A DNA stretch of 64,000 nt. Source: an uncultured Desulfurococcales archaeon (GTDB lineage: Archaea; Thermoproteota; Thermoprotei_A; Sulfolobales; WANQ01). Below the pieces are notes generated by a model. That model was not told where the DNA came from. It ran no database searches and saw nothing but the letters and a program-made list of their open reading frames with translations. The position numbers were made by a program, and so were the translations under genes. Location of the stretch: assembly GCA_964467535.1 (NCBI GenBank), contig CAYXRT010000002.1, positions 43,052 through 107,051 of the forward strand. The letters run 5' to 3'. Positions 41,733-51,570 of this stretch are shown here, in pieces (within the stretch, counting starts at the first letter, position 1; every line of letters begins with the position of its first letter).

Positions 41733-43334
41733 ATGGCTATAGACTTCGAATACGTAGAGGAATTCAAAAGTCTTAGTCCAGCAGAGTTCTTTTATAGAAA
41801 TAAAGAGATAACGGGATTTTCTAACCCTGTACGTGCTATGTATCAGACGGTTAGAGAACTTGTTGAAAATGCTCTAGACGCTACAGACGTTTATGGTATT
41901 CTTCCATCAATTAAGGTTATTATTAATAGATGCAAAGATCAACCAATACATTACACCATAACTGTTGAAGATAATGGTATAGGTGTTCCACCTCAATATG
42001 CACCACAAGCGTTTGGGCAAGTCCTATTTAGTTCAAAATACAAACTACGACAATCTAGAGGAATGTTTGGTCTTGGAGCTAAAATGGCCATCCTCTATGG
42101 CCAGTTAACTACGGGTAAGCCTGTAGAAGTAATAACTTCAACCATGACCTCAAAATATGTTTATTACTTCAAGATAATGATAGATATAGTATCCAATACT
42201 CCGATAATTATGGAGAGAGCCTCATGGCTTAAGAAATGGAATTGGCATGGTACCATAATTTCAGTTACTATTGAAGGTGATTGGGGAAGAGCACGGTCAA
42301 GAATTATAGAGTATATTAAGAGAACCTCGATAGTAACCCCATATGCCGAAATAGTATTCATAGATCCAGATGGAAAATATTATTACTTCCCTCGAAGTAC
42401 CGAAAAAATGCCTAATCCACCCAAGGAGGTACTTCCTCATCCTCAAGGCATAGATGTGGAGTATATGAAGATATTGATAAAATCATCTACGGCTAAGACA
42501 TTACAAGAATTTTTGATAAATACGTTCCAGGGTGTAGGTAAAGCAACAGCTGAACAATTCTTCAAAGAAACGGGAATAGACCCTAATAAAGATCCTAAAG
42601 ACCTATCCTTATCTGAGATAGAGAATTTAGTTAGCAAGCTTAAATCATTTAAGGGATTCAAGTCTCCTAGATCAGATGCGCTATCACCTATAGGTGAGGA
42701 GCTTATTGAGATAGGATTGAAGACTATATATAATCCCGAATTCGTAACTGCCGTCACGCGTAAACCTTCAGTCTATGAAGGCCATCCATTTATCGTAGAA
42801 GTTGGTATAGCATACGGCGGATCAATACAATCGTCACCTATGCCTATCTTACTAAGATATGCAAATAAAATACCATTATTATATGACGAAAAAGCTGATG
42901 TTACATGGAAGATCGTGGAGAAATTTGACTGGAAATACTATGGAGTAGATTTTCCAGCACCACTAGTAGTATTAATACATATTTGTAGTACTAAAGTACC
43001 TTACAAGGGTGTAGGCAAAGAGAGTATAGCAGAAGTACCAGAAATTGAACGTGAAGTAGTAAATGGGTTGAGAGAAGCAGCTAGGAGGTTAAAGCTCTAC
43101 TTAGCTAAGAAGAGAAAAGAAGAAGAGGCAAGAAGAAAACTAATAACATTCATTAAGTACTTACCAGAAATCTCTAGGTGTTTAACAACATTATCAATAA
43201 ATCCAGAAACAAAGGAAAAGATGCTCTCAGAATCGCTATTAATGGCTAAATTGTTGAAAATACTAAGAGAAAAGGTAGGATTCATTGAGGTAAATGAAGA
43301 AATAGTTAAAAAAGTCGTAATAAGCATAGAGTAA
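41733..43334 (+). CDS. top6B: DNA topoisomerase VI subunit B
   Basis: RELVENALDA, EDNGIG, QSRGMFGLG, RYANKIPLL. Confidence 0.97.
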   Translation: MAIDFEYVEEFKSLSPAEFFYRNKEITGFSNPVRAMYQTVRELVENALDATDVYGILPSIKVIINRCKDQPIHYTITVEDNGIGVPPQYAPQAFGQVLFSSKYKLRQSRGMFGLGAKMAILYGQLTTGKPVEVITSTMTSKYVYYFKIMIDIVSNTPIIMERASWLKKWNWHGTIISVTIEGDWGRARSRIIEYIKRTSIVTPYAEIVFIDPDGKYYYFPRSTEKMPNPPKEVLPHPQGIDVEYMKILIKSSTAKTLQEFLINTFQGVGKATAEQFFKETGIDPNKDPKDLSLSEIENLVSKLKSFKGFKSPRSDALSPIGEELIEIGLKTIYNPEFVTAVTRKPSVYEGHPFIVEVGIAYGGSIQSSPMPILLRYANKIPLLYDEKADVTWKIVEKFDWKYYGVDFPAPLVVLIHICSTKVPYKGVGKESIAEVPEIEREVVNGLREAARRLKLYLAKKRKEEEARRKLITFIKYLPEISRCLTTLSINPETKEKMLSESLLMAKLLKILREKVGFIEVNEEIVKKVVISIE

Positions 43335-43354
43335 TTACATCAGAGGTGATTTAA

Positions 43355-44518
43355 ATGTTTAAGCACACTAAGGTAGACCTGACAGCTAGACAAAGAGCAT
43401 TAAAAAACATGTGGTCAAAATTCATGGATTTAATAAAGAAAATAAGTGATGGTAAAGAACCATTCCTTGAAATACCTAAAAGAACTCTTTCAAACACAAT
43501 ATATGATGAGCAGCGAAAGCTGCTTCTTTTAGGACCTGAAAAGCTCGTACGAAAGCTATTTGATTTACACGAAGCTAGAAAGTTCATGCAAACAATGCTC
43601 ATGGCAAGTATAATATATGAAGCATTACTAAATAATGAGTATCCGACGATAAGAGACTTATACTATAGAGGAAAGCATACCATTGTTTATAGAGATCATA
43701 GGGGAAGGTTAAGAGAAGAAAATACGTGGGATGAACAAAGGGAATCAGATGCAGTAATTAGAGATCTGGAAGTCTTCTTAGGGGTCTTAAGGGAGGAGAT
43801 GTTAATATTAAGTAAAGAGAAGGGCAAGGTTGTAGGTTATATGAAGATTAGAAGCGGTGATGATGTCGTTGATTTAAGTAGGATGGGTCATGGTGCATAT
43901 GCTATAGAGCCTACTCCTGATCTCATAGAATTTCTGGATGTTGATGCAGAATATGTTCTCGTTGTTGAGAAAGACGCCGTATTTCAACAATTACATAGAA
44001 TAGGGTTCTGGAAAACCCATAAGGTAATATTAGTAACAAGTGCTGGTCAGCCAGATAGAGCTACCCGTAGATTTATTAGAAGGCTTAATGAAGAACTGAA
44101 GTTACCGGTTTACATCTTGACAGATGCAGACCCTTATGGATGGTATATATACTCGGTCTTCAAGATCGGGTCGATTACATTATCATACGAAAGTGAGAGA
44201 TTAGCGACCCCTAATGCTAAGTTCTTGGGGGTCAGCATGACTGATATATTTGGAGATAGAAAGAAGGGTAAGAAGCCATATCTTACAGAGTCTGAAAGAA
44301 GAAACTTCATAATTAAGGCTAAGAAAGCTGATATAAAGAGAGCCAAGGAGCTCTTAAACTATAGATGGTTCCAAACGCCTAGATGGATTGAAGAGATAAA
44401 TATATTCTTATCAAAGAAGGCGAAGCTAGAAATAGAAGCCCTAGCAAGTAAAGGGTTACGATTCCTTGCATTTCACTATATTCCTGAAAAGTTACAGGTA
44501 AATGATGTAATAGATTAA
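43355..44518 (+). CDS. top6A: DNA topoisomerase VI subunit A
   Basis: TIRDLYY, VVEKDAVF, TDADPYG, KLEIEAL. Confidence 0.97.
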   Translation: MFKHTKVDLTARQRALKNMWSKFMDLIKKISDGKEPFLEIPKRTLSNTIYDEQRKLLLLGPEKLVRKLFDLHEARKFMQTMLMASIIYEALLNNEYPTIRDLYYRGKHTIVYRDHRGRLREENTWDEQRESDAVIRDLEVFLGVLREEMLILSKEKGKVVGYMKIRSGDDVVDLSRMGHGAYAIEPTPDLIEFLDVDAEYVLVVEKDAVFQQLHRIGFWKTHKVILVTSAGQPDRATRRFIRRLNEELKLPVYILTDADPYGWYIYSVFKIGSITLSYESERLATPNAKFLGVSMTDIFGDRKKGKKPYLTESERRNFIIKAKKADIKRAKELLNYRWFQTPRWIEEINIFLSKKAKLEIEALASKGLRFLAFHYIPEKLQVNDVID

Positions 44519-44554
44519 GCCAATTTATTCGTTAATGAATTCATGTTAATGCAT

Positions 44555-45574
44555 TTAAGTAGAGCTCTTCTTTAGCTCGATTATTAACTTACCTGATATG
44601 TTCTTTATACTTATATAGCCTAATTTTTCAAGTTTCTTTATACGTCTCCAGAGAGTTGATTTTGGGATATCGGTTTCTTTAGATAATTCAGAAAGAGCTA
44701 GAGAACCTTTGGTTTTTAAAACTGATAGTATTTGTTTATCTCTTTCATCAAGCATACTAGTGACAACTTTTACGCTAACGCTCATTGATCTTTTAATAAT
44801 AGCTATTGCTATGATAATGATTACTGCGGCTATTATAGCTGCTATATATTCCATGGGAAGCGTTATACCTGGAGCTGGTGTAACTGGGGTAGTTATTAGA
44901 GTAGAAGTTGTAGGAGTCGTTGTAGGTGTAGTAGGCGTTGTTATAGGAGTTGTAGTTGGGGTGGTTAGTGGTGAGGTGGGCGTTGCTGGTGAAGGACTAG
45001 TTGGAGTTGTAGTGGGTGTGGTGGGTGTTGAAGTTGGTGTAGTTGTCGTCGGAGTAGTAAGTGTAGGCATAGGGGTTATTGGCGTAGGTGAAAGGGGAAC
45101 TGCTATTACCCTTATCGTAAATTTAATGGAATATTGCCCCGGTTCATCATATTTTATTACTAGTTTATTATCTTCAGCATAAATCATTGCTTTACCTGTT
45201 AAGCTTAATATTGAAGAGTTTTCAGGCAATATAATAGTTGATGGTAAGAATGGTGATACGTTTAAATGCCAAATTCTTCTACTTACGTTTAATAGATTCA
45301 GTGACATATAAAGGACTGTTGTCTTAGAGGCATTTAGCGCATATACCGTTATGTGTGTTCCATTGAAATTGTATGGTATAGGTCTACCCTGATCATCAAA
45401 TACTAAGATGCTTTCCTCAACAACTTCTCCATCAACCGGGATATCTATTGATAGCTTACCTTCGGTATTGATAGTTGTTGTCACCAATACTGTTCCATCA
45501 GTGTAAACTCTGTATATCATGCTACCATTAACCATTGAAAGTGCAATTAACATTAGGAGTAATAATGGCTTCAT
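44555..45574 (-). CDS. Membrane-anchored winged-HTH regulator (signal peptide, extracellular beta domain, Thr/Pro stalk, TM, cytoplasmic wHTH; COG2512-like)
   Basis: MKPLLLLMLIALSMVNG signal; TTPT repeats; TM IAAIIAAVIIIIAIAII; LSELSKETDIPKSTLWRRIKKLEKLGYI. Confidence 0.8.
   Translation of the reverse strand: MKPLLLLMLIALSMVNGSMIYRVYTDGTVLVTTTINTEGKLSIDIPVDGEVVEESILVFDDQGRPIPYNFNGTHITVYALNASKTTVLYMSLNLLNVSRRIWHLNVSPFLPSTIILPENSSILSLTGKAMIYAEDNKLVIKYDEPGQYSIKFTIRVIAVPLSPTPITPMPTLTTPTTTTPTSTPTTPTTTPTSPSPATPTSPLTTPTTTPITTPTTPTTTPTTSTLITTPVTPAPGITLPMEYIAAIIAAVIIIIAIAIIKRSMSVSVKVVTSMLDERDKQILSVLKTKGSLALSELSKETDIPKSTLWRRIKKLEKLGYISIKNISGKLIIELKKSST
44860..45100 (-). repeat. Low-complexity (T)TPT coding repeat, probable O-glycosylated stalk
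   Basis: Degenerate Thr/Pro codon repeats encoding TPTTTTPTSTPTTPTTTP. Confidence 0.8.
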
Positions 45575-45626
45575 AGTCCCACGACTAAAATAGGCACTAA
45601 ATTATTTATTCTTTTACCCAATCACG

Positions 45627-45657
45627 GGAATGAAACAAGGCGTTTCATAGGCATTCC
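45627..45657. promoter_or_regulatory. Palindromic candidate operator between the divergent genes
   Basis: ATGAAAC-N5-GTTTCAT (45630-45648), overlapping an outer GGAATG...CATTCC inverted repeat. Confidence 0.55.
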
Positions 45658-45731
45658 AAGATTATTCCTAGTACATTTTGTCGAATATCTTATACGAAAT
45701 AAAGCTCAAAGCACAAGTAGAGGTGAAATCA

Positions 45732-48700
45732 GTGAGAAAAATCCTAATATTAATGCTAATTGCCCTGCTCATGATACCTAAAGCCATAGTCCTAGAGTCA
45801 CAAATGCAGCCAACAAATGCTATATCACTAGAAACTGATGTAAAGGTACTTACGGAAATTTTATTAAAGAATGCTGAAGACCTTTCACTATACATAAGAC
45901 ATGAATTAAGTGTTCTAAAATCATATGGTATTGAAGTATCTAAGGAAGTATTAAAGCTAATAGAACATTTTGAAGCAGTAGTCAAGGAAGCTAGAGAACT
46001 ATACGATAAGGGAGAATACGATAAAGCATTAAGTGTAGTTAAAAAGGCCTTAAACATAGCCGGTGAAGTACTTGAATCTCTGCCAGAACATCCAGCAATG
46101 ACTATTCCTAAGCTGGAAGTAAAGCTTGAATCAAAGATTGAAAGATTACAGAAAACATTAACTATTAATTTAGAAGCTATCAAGAAAGCTGCGGAGTATA
46201 CAGGAAAAGTAAAGGTACTTGAAGAGGTAAAAGGACTTCGTGAAAAGGTACAGGAGTTATTAAGTAAGGCAAGAGAGCTTAAGGCTCAAGGCGCACTTGA
46301 GGAAGCAGAGAAATTCATTAAACAAGCTGAAGATCTTATCAAAAAAATACATAAGGTAACAGTTAAAGCATCTGAGGAAGTTGGAGTAAAGAAAATTAAG
46401 AATATAAGTGAACTTGTAGAAAAAAGATTATCTAAAGTACTTAAACATATAGAAAAAGTTAAGGAGAAATTCGCGGAAGCAAGGAAATGGATAAACGTAT
46501 CTAAAATACTTATGAAATTTAATGAAATAGAAAAACTAATAAAGAATATACATGAAGATGTAAAGAACCTAGCTAAAGTAGAAAAATTCATTGAAGCTAT
46601 TACAAAGGTTGAAATAAGTATTACAAAGGTAGAGTACGTTGCTAACGTAGCAGTGAAAAGTGTTGAAGAAGTAGAGGAAAGAGTTGAAACATTAGAAAAG
46701 GCAAACATTACGGGATTAGCAAGAGCTGTTTATGAAAAAGCGGATAAACTAAAAGAAATTCTTGGAGGACTAAAAACAGCATTAGAGGCTGTACCCGTCA
46801 TTCCTGCCGAAGTAAAGGAAAAGGTAAGTGAATGTATAAAGCTAGTAGAGGATCTAGCTGAAGAAGTAAAAGAAATCGTTGGAATGATAATTGCTGGTGA
46901 AGTTGAAAAAGCAATAGAAGAGGTAAGTGAAGTTGAAGAGAAAAGCGATAAACTATTAGATACCATTGCAACAATAATCTCAGAGACATCAAAATATCCA
47001 GGACCACATATAGGTATATTAAAGGTACTTGAAAAAGAGACTAAGAACTTACTTGGACTCGTTGAAAAGCTCTTAGAGAAATCATTGAACGTAACTAGTA
47101 AGCTAAAGGAGAAGATAGCAGAAGAAAAGAAAGAACTTATAGAGGGAGCTAAAGAATCAATAGAAAAAGCTAAAGAACTGATAAGCGAGCTATACGACTT
47201 TATAGATGAAATCAAAAATTTAGCTACTAAAATAATCGAAGAGCTCAATATAACTGATAAAATAGCCGATATGATCAAGGAGTATGAATTAGCACTGACA
47301 AAACTTGAGGATGTAAGTGAAGAATTAGATAATATCAGTAAAGGAGTTGAAGAGGGAGTAATAGATCCTATAGACGCTATAGCTAATGTTTCAACGATCA
47401 TAGACTACGTAAAGGAGCTAAAGCTTAGAGTTGAAAATAGAACTCGCGAATCTATAGTGGAGATAACCAACGTAATCAAAGTTAATATCAATACAACAAT
47501 CTCATGGATATCAAGTAATATTGAATACTTTAAACAAGCACCAGAATTAAAAGAAGTTACTGAAAAGCTAAAGCACTATGTAAAAGAATTAACTAGCCTC
47601 CTCGAGAAGGTATACGAGCTACCTAGAAATATAATAAGAGCTCTAGAATACCTACTAGAAGTAATTGAAGACTACAAAGAAATTAGCGGGGAAAGCGAGA
47701 AAATAGTAAAGGAAACCATAGAAGAAATATATGAAAAAGTCAAAGAAATAGCAAAGGAGTTACTTGATAAAATAGAAGAATACTTAGAAGAGACTAGTGA
47801 AATTCTGACACTTGTAGAAAAACCCGCGGAATTACTTAACATCACAAAAGATGTTGAAGAATATCTTGGGTTCTACAAGGATGCCCTGGAAATACTAAAT
47901 ACAACAAAAGAAAACATAAGTGAAATACTTGAGAAAGCAAAGGAAGACCCCATAGGAGCTCTTAATGAAGTTAAGAAAGCTAGCAAATACGTCGAAGAAC
48001 AGTACTCAAAGGTTAAGGAGAAAACTGATGAAGCTATAACTGTAATAAAAGAGAGCTTCGTTACTTACGTAAATAAATCAGTAAGTATACTAACTGATGT
48101 TGAAAAAGACCTACTAAAACTACCAGAAGATAAAGTATCCAAGATAATAGCAAAAATCGATGAAACAATAAGTGAATTACGAGAAGAAATTAAGAAAGTA
48201 AAAGAACTACCCGAAGACCATGTAAAGGCATTAGAGAAGTTATCAATAGCTGTAGAGAAAGGCGTTGAACTTTACAGGGAAACCGAAGGATGCATCAAAT
48301 CCCACGTACATGAACTCTATGTATGGATTAAAGCTGAAATTGAACATTACAGAGAATACTACGAAGAGGGCTATAAAGTTCTTGAAAACGTTACTAGCGA
48401 AGTACATGTAAAAGAGAAGGTTAAAGAGGAGCTTAAGAAGCTTGCTGAACACCTCAAACATTTAGACGAGCTCAAGGAGATGATACCAGAAGAAGTCCCA
48501 GAGAACATAACGATAGCCGTTGACATACTCGTTGAAGTATATGTAGAAACCAATGTAACAATCTCCGAATGCGAACATACAGCCAAGACTGTTGTCAACA
48601 TTACAGTAGAACACGTAGTAAGCATTATGACTAACGCTGAAGTTAATGTTACAAAGACCATGGAGCTGGCATGCAATATTTCGAAGGTAATAGATGCTGA

Positions 48701-49877
48701 AGAAGACATTAAAGAACACATAGAGAAAATTAAACAAGCACTAGAACACATAACAAAGCTCAAAGAGAAAGTAGCTAAAGAATTACCAGATGAAATAATT
48801 AAAGCGGCAACCATGATACATGAAGTATACGTTAGCTTTACTAAAACCATGACTGAAGCAGACGAAGAATTTAACACCACTGTTAGAATAATGGAGCACA
48901 AAGTTGTAGTATGCATAGAACATGAAATTGAGAGAATTACCACATTTAGCAATAACCTTGTAAATGTATCAGTAATGGTGGATATAGACATATCAGTAGA
49001 AATAGAACATGTTATTGCATGTAGGAAGGGATTGGAAGACCTAAAGAAGATATTAGAAGAAGCTAAAGGAACAATAATTGAAAGACTTAACAAGTTAAAT
49101 GAGATATACTTCAAATATAAAGAGCTAGGAAGAGAAGCTGAAGAATATGGTTGGAGTTGTATAGAAAAAGTAACAGACTGTATGTGCAAGAACATTACTG
49201 ATTATGAGAAGTGTGCTGAAGAAGCTAAGAAATGCGTTGAAGAGTTAAAGGATATAGCTCATATAGATAAAGCTATAGAGAAAATTGAAAAGGTTATGAA
49301 GCTTGCTAAAGAAGTAGAAGAAGAACTGAATACTACATTAAAGGAGAAAGATCTAGTCAAAGCTTCATGCTTACTCGTAGAAGCAGCGAAAGACTATGTT
49401 GAACTAAGGAAATGTGCTGAAGAAGCCAAAGAAATAAAGCGTAGAGCTGAGAAATGCCATGAACTAAACATTAAGGAACAGTTTAAGATGCTACTAACAC
49501 TATGTAACGAAACTAAGGAAGTAATGAAAGAGATACGTAGATGTCTTGAAGAGAATATCACACACATACCCGAGGAAATTAAGAAACGAATACTCGAAAG
49601 GATTAAAGCCATAGAGAATTTAATAAATGAATTACCTAAGCTAATCAAAGAATACATCGGAGCAATAATATCAACAGACGAACAACAAGAACAAGAGGTG
49701 CACAAGGCCATTGAGGAACTTAAGAAGAAGGTTGATGAGCTAACACAAAGGGTATGTGATGATCTCAGCAAGTATATGGGAGAACTTGCAAAGAGGTTCA
49801 AAGAATCAATAACGAAACTACTTGAAAAGCTTACAGAAATAGAGAACAAGATGAAAAAAGTAAAAGGAGAAGAATAA
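45732..49877 (+). CDS. Giant secreted alpha-helical tandem-repeat protein (~1380 aa), function unknown
   Basis: GAGGTG SD then GTG at 45732 gives the signal peptide MRKILILMLIALLMIPKA; E/K-rich helices, ~25 N-x-S/T sequons, no C-terminal TM. Confidence 0.8.
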   Translation: MRKILILMLIALLMIPKAIVLESQMQPTNAISLETDVKVLTEILLKNAEDLSLYIRHELSVLKSYGIEVSKEVLKLIEHFEAVVKEARELYDKGEYDKALSVVKKALNIAGEVLESLPEHPAMTIPKLEVKLESKIERLQKTLTINLEAIKKAAEYTGKVKVLEEVKGLREKVQELLSKARELKAQGALEEAEKFIKQAEDLIKKIHKVTVKASEEVGVKKIKNISELVEKRLSKVLKHIEKVKEKFAEARKWINVSKILMKFNEIEKLIKNIHEDVKNLAKVEKFIEAITKVEISITKVEYVANVAVKSVEEVEERVETLEKANITGLARAVYEKADKLKEILGGLKTALEAVPVIPAEVKEKVSECIKLVEDLAEEVKEIVGMIIAGEVEKAIEEVSEVEEKSDKLLDTIATIISETSKYPGPHIGILKVLEKETKNLLGLVEKLLEKSLNVTSKLKEKIAEEKKELIEGAKESIEKAKELISELYDFIDEIKNLATKIIEELNITDKIADMIKEYELALTKLEDVSEELDNISKGVEEGVIDPIDAIANVSTIIDYVKELKLRVENRTRESIVEITNVIKVNINTTISWISSNIEYFKQAPELKEVTEKLKHYVKELTSLLEKVYELPRNIIRALEYLLEVIEDYKEISGESEKIVKETIEEIYEKVKEIAKELLDKIEEYLEETSEILTLVEKPAELLNITKDVEEYLGFYKDALEILNTTKENISEILEKAKEDPIGALNEVKKASKYVEEQYSKVKEKTDEAITVIKESFVTYVNKSVSILTDVEKDLLKLPEDKVSKIIAKIDETISELREEIKKVKELPEDHVKALEKLSIAVEKGVELYRETEGCIKSHVHELYVWIKAEIEHYREYYEEGYKVLENVTSEVHVKEKVKEELKKLAEHLKHLDELKEMIPEEVPENITIAVDILVEVYVETNVTISECEHTAKTVVNITVEHVVSIMTNAEVNVTKTMELACNISKVIDAEEDIKEHIEKIKQALEHITKLKEKVAKELPDEIIKAATMIHEVYVSFTKTMTEADEEFNTTVRIMEHKVVVCIEHEIERITTFSNNLVNVSVMVDIDISVEIEHVIACRKGLEDLKKILEEAKGTIIERLNKLNEIYFKYKELGREAEEYGWSCIEKVTDCMCKNITDYEKCAEEAKKCVEELKDIAHIDKAIEKIEKVMKLAKEVEEELNTTLKEKDLVKASCLLVEAAKDYVELRKCAEEAKEIKRRAEKCHELNIKEQFKMLLTLCNETKEVMKEIRRCLEENITHIPEEIKKRILERIKAIENLINELPKLIKEYIGAIISTDEQQEQEVHKAIEELKKKVDELTQRVCDDLSKYMGELAKRFKESITKLLEKLTEIENKMKKVKGEE

Positions 49878-50065
49878 AGTAAATTTTTAATATTTTTCTC
49901 AATTTACCGTTAGCATTATATGCGGTTTATAAGTAAGGATGCTCTTATATTGCAATTATTCACTAGATTCTATTGAAATAAAGGCAAATGGTACCACCTT
50001 TATTAAACAGCACCGTTACTTAAACTTCAAAGAATGCTATAAATTCATGATAACAGAAGTGATGG

Positions 50066-50602
50066 TTGAAGATCATGAATCCTCGTTTGATTGAGAAAAC
50101 TATAGCTTCTTGTAAGAAATGTATATTTATTGACAAACCTCCTTGCATTTATCATGTGTATAAAAGATTTCTACCAGGTATAGTTAAAGTATTAGTAGTT
50201 AGCGAATCTCCCCCTCCAGGAAATAAATCTGATTACTTATATAACCTAGATCATAGTGATAGATTAAGAAAGGTATTAGCTAGAATTTTTAACATTCCAA
50301 GCACTGAAGTAATTAATTATCTTGTCAAGAATAATATATTTTGGACTACAGCTGTAAAATGTAGACCTATTTCAAAGAAATACATAGAAATTATGAGAAG
50401 GAATTGTCTTTACATATTGGACTTAGAGATTAAGGAACTTAAACCCAGGAAAATAATCGCATTAGGAACTATAGCTAGAAAATCAGTTAATGAACTAAGG
50501 ATAGAGAATATACCTATAGAAAAACACTACCATCCACTCTATTTAGCTAGATTTCACAAAAATAATCTTCAGAGTCTAAGAAGCTTAATTTTAGGTGATT
50601 AA
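50066..50602 (+). CDS. Uracil-DNA glycosylase superfamily protein
   Basis: CKKC, VVSESPP, TAVKCRP, IIALG, HYHPLY. Confidence 0.75.
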   Translation: MKIMNPRLIEKTIASCKKCIFIDKPPCIYHVYKRFLPGIVKVLVVSESPPPGNKSDYLYNLDHSDRLRKVLARIFNIPSTEVINYLVKNNIFWTTAVKCRPISKKYIEIMRRNCLYILDLEIKELKPRKIIALGTIARKSVNELRIENIPIEKHYHPLYLARFHKNNLQSLRSLILGD

Positions 50603-50637
50603 TGCTGGGATCAATTTCATGATAATTAATTATGAAA

Positions 50638-50694
50638 AATCAGCTGAGACAGGTGCAGTCATTTCTTTATCCTTTCTCCCGTGTTCATCATCCA
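50638..50694 (-). ncRNA. Probable box C/D guide sRNA
   Basis: Minus strand: ATGATGA-acacgggagaaa-(degenerate D'/C')-gcacctgtctcag-CTGA; terminal boxes perfect and ~52 nt apart. Confidence 0.7.
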
Positions 50695-50873
50695 TAATGT
50701 TTTTGGCGTTCTAGCTTATTTATACTTTATCTATCATTTCTAATATGTCATGAAATGTATTTTTTCTACAATATTTACAATAGACATATATTTGTTTAAA
50801 GTCCTTAATATTGTAGCTAACATACAACACCATTACATTACCACATTCTCTACACCTTATTTTCCAAGGCATG

Positions 50874-51470
50874 TTATCTATTCCTCGAAGTAGTTAGTAT
50901 TCCCCTCTTCTTTAATATCTCAATAACTTTTCGTAAAACTCTTCTTATTCTATCCCTCTTCTCTATAGTTTTATAGAGTTCTATTGCAGCACCTCTAATA
51001 CTACCCGTTCTTGTAAGAGCTGTGAGGATTTTTCTTTCATCTTCACTAAGCTCTTTACCAAGGTATCTCAACGCTATTCTAGCTATATCTACGGGTCTTA
51101 GACCCATATATGGATCTTCAACTGGGAGGTTATCTAGTCTTTGAATGACCTTGAATTCTATTATTGTAACCCAGTCATCATCTTTAATTCTTCCATATAC
51201 TTTCCTTAAGTGCTTCATTAATTCATCTAAATTGTTAAAACCATCTTTTTTAGCGTCTTCATCTGTTAATTCACGAACTTTCTTATAAACTACATTAATG
51301 ACTTCGATCTTAGCTAAGGGCTTACCTCCTCCATGTACTATCATTTCTTTATATCTAGGTCTAACTTTACCAAGCCTTATGGTAGCTACCTTCCTTCCCT
51401 CAAGAATCAGCTTACCGTATTCTCCTTTGACCATTATATGTCTTCCAAGGAATTTCATCTTCAGCCTCAA
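50874..51470 (-). CDS. ASCH-domain protein with a C-terminal HTH-like extension
   Basis: ILEGRKVATIRLG, LTDEDAKKDGF, VTIIEF. Confidence 0.85.
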   Translation of the reverse strand: MRLKMKFLGRHIMVKGEYGKLILEGRKVATIRLGKVRPRYKEMIVHGGGKPLAKIEVINVVYKKVRELTDEDAKKDGFNNLDELMKHLRKVYGRIKDDDWVTIIEFKVIQRLDNLPVEDPYMGLRPVDIARIALRYLGKELSEDERKILTALTRTGSIRGAAIELYKTIEKRDRIRRVLRKVIEILKKRGILTTSRNR

Positions 51471-51509
51471 TAAGTTTATTTACTACAATGTTTTAAATCT
51501 AACTATGGA

Positions 51510-51562
51510 AGAATGATGAGCAGCTAGATATGATTGATGAATGGGGGCCAAAGCGCTGATAT
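51510..51562 (+). ncRNA. Box C/D guide sRNA (first of a tandem pair)
   Basis: ATGATGA-gcagctagat-ATGA-TTGATGA-atgggggccaaagcg-CTGA. Confidence 0.82.
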
Positions 51563-51570
51563 CCTCTATA

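Noticed and set aside
44709-45182. 157-aa Val/Gly-rich plus-strand ORF
   Set aside because: Antisense shadow of the Thr/Pro repeat and TM segment of the regulator gene.
45678-45731. Track start (TTG 45678) for the giant protein
   Set aside because: GTG at 45732 has a GAGGTG SD and places the signal peptide at the N-terminus.
45668-49849. Series of long Ser/Leu/Phe-rich minus-strand ORFs
   Set aside because: Antisense shadows of the Glu/Lys-rich giant gene. The same applies to most other overlapping ORFs in the track.
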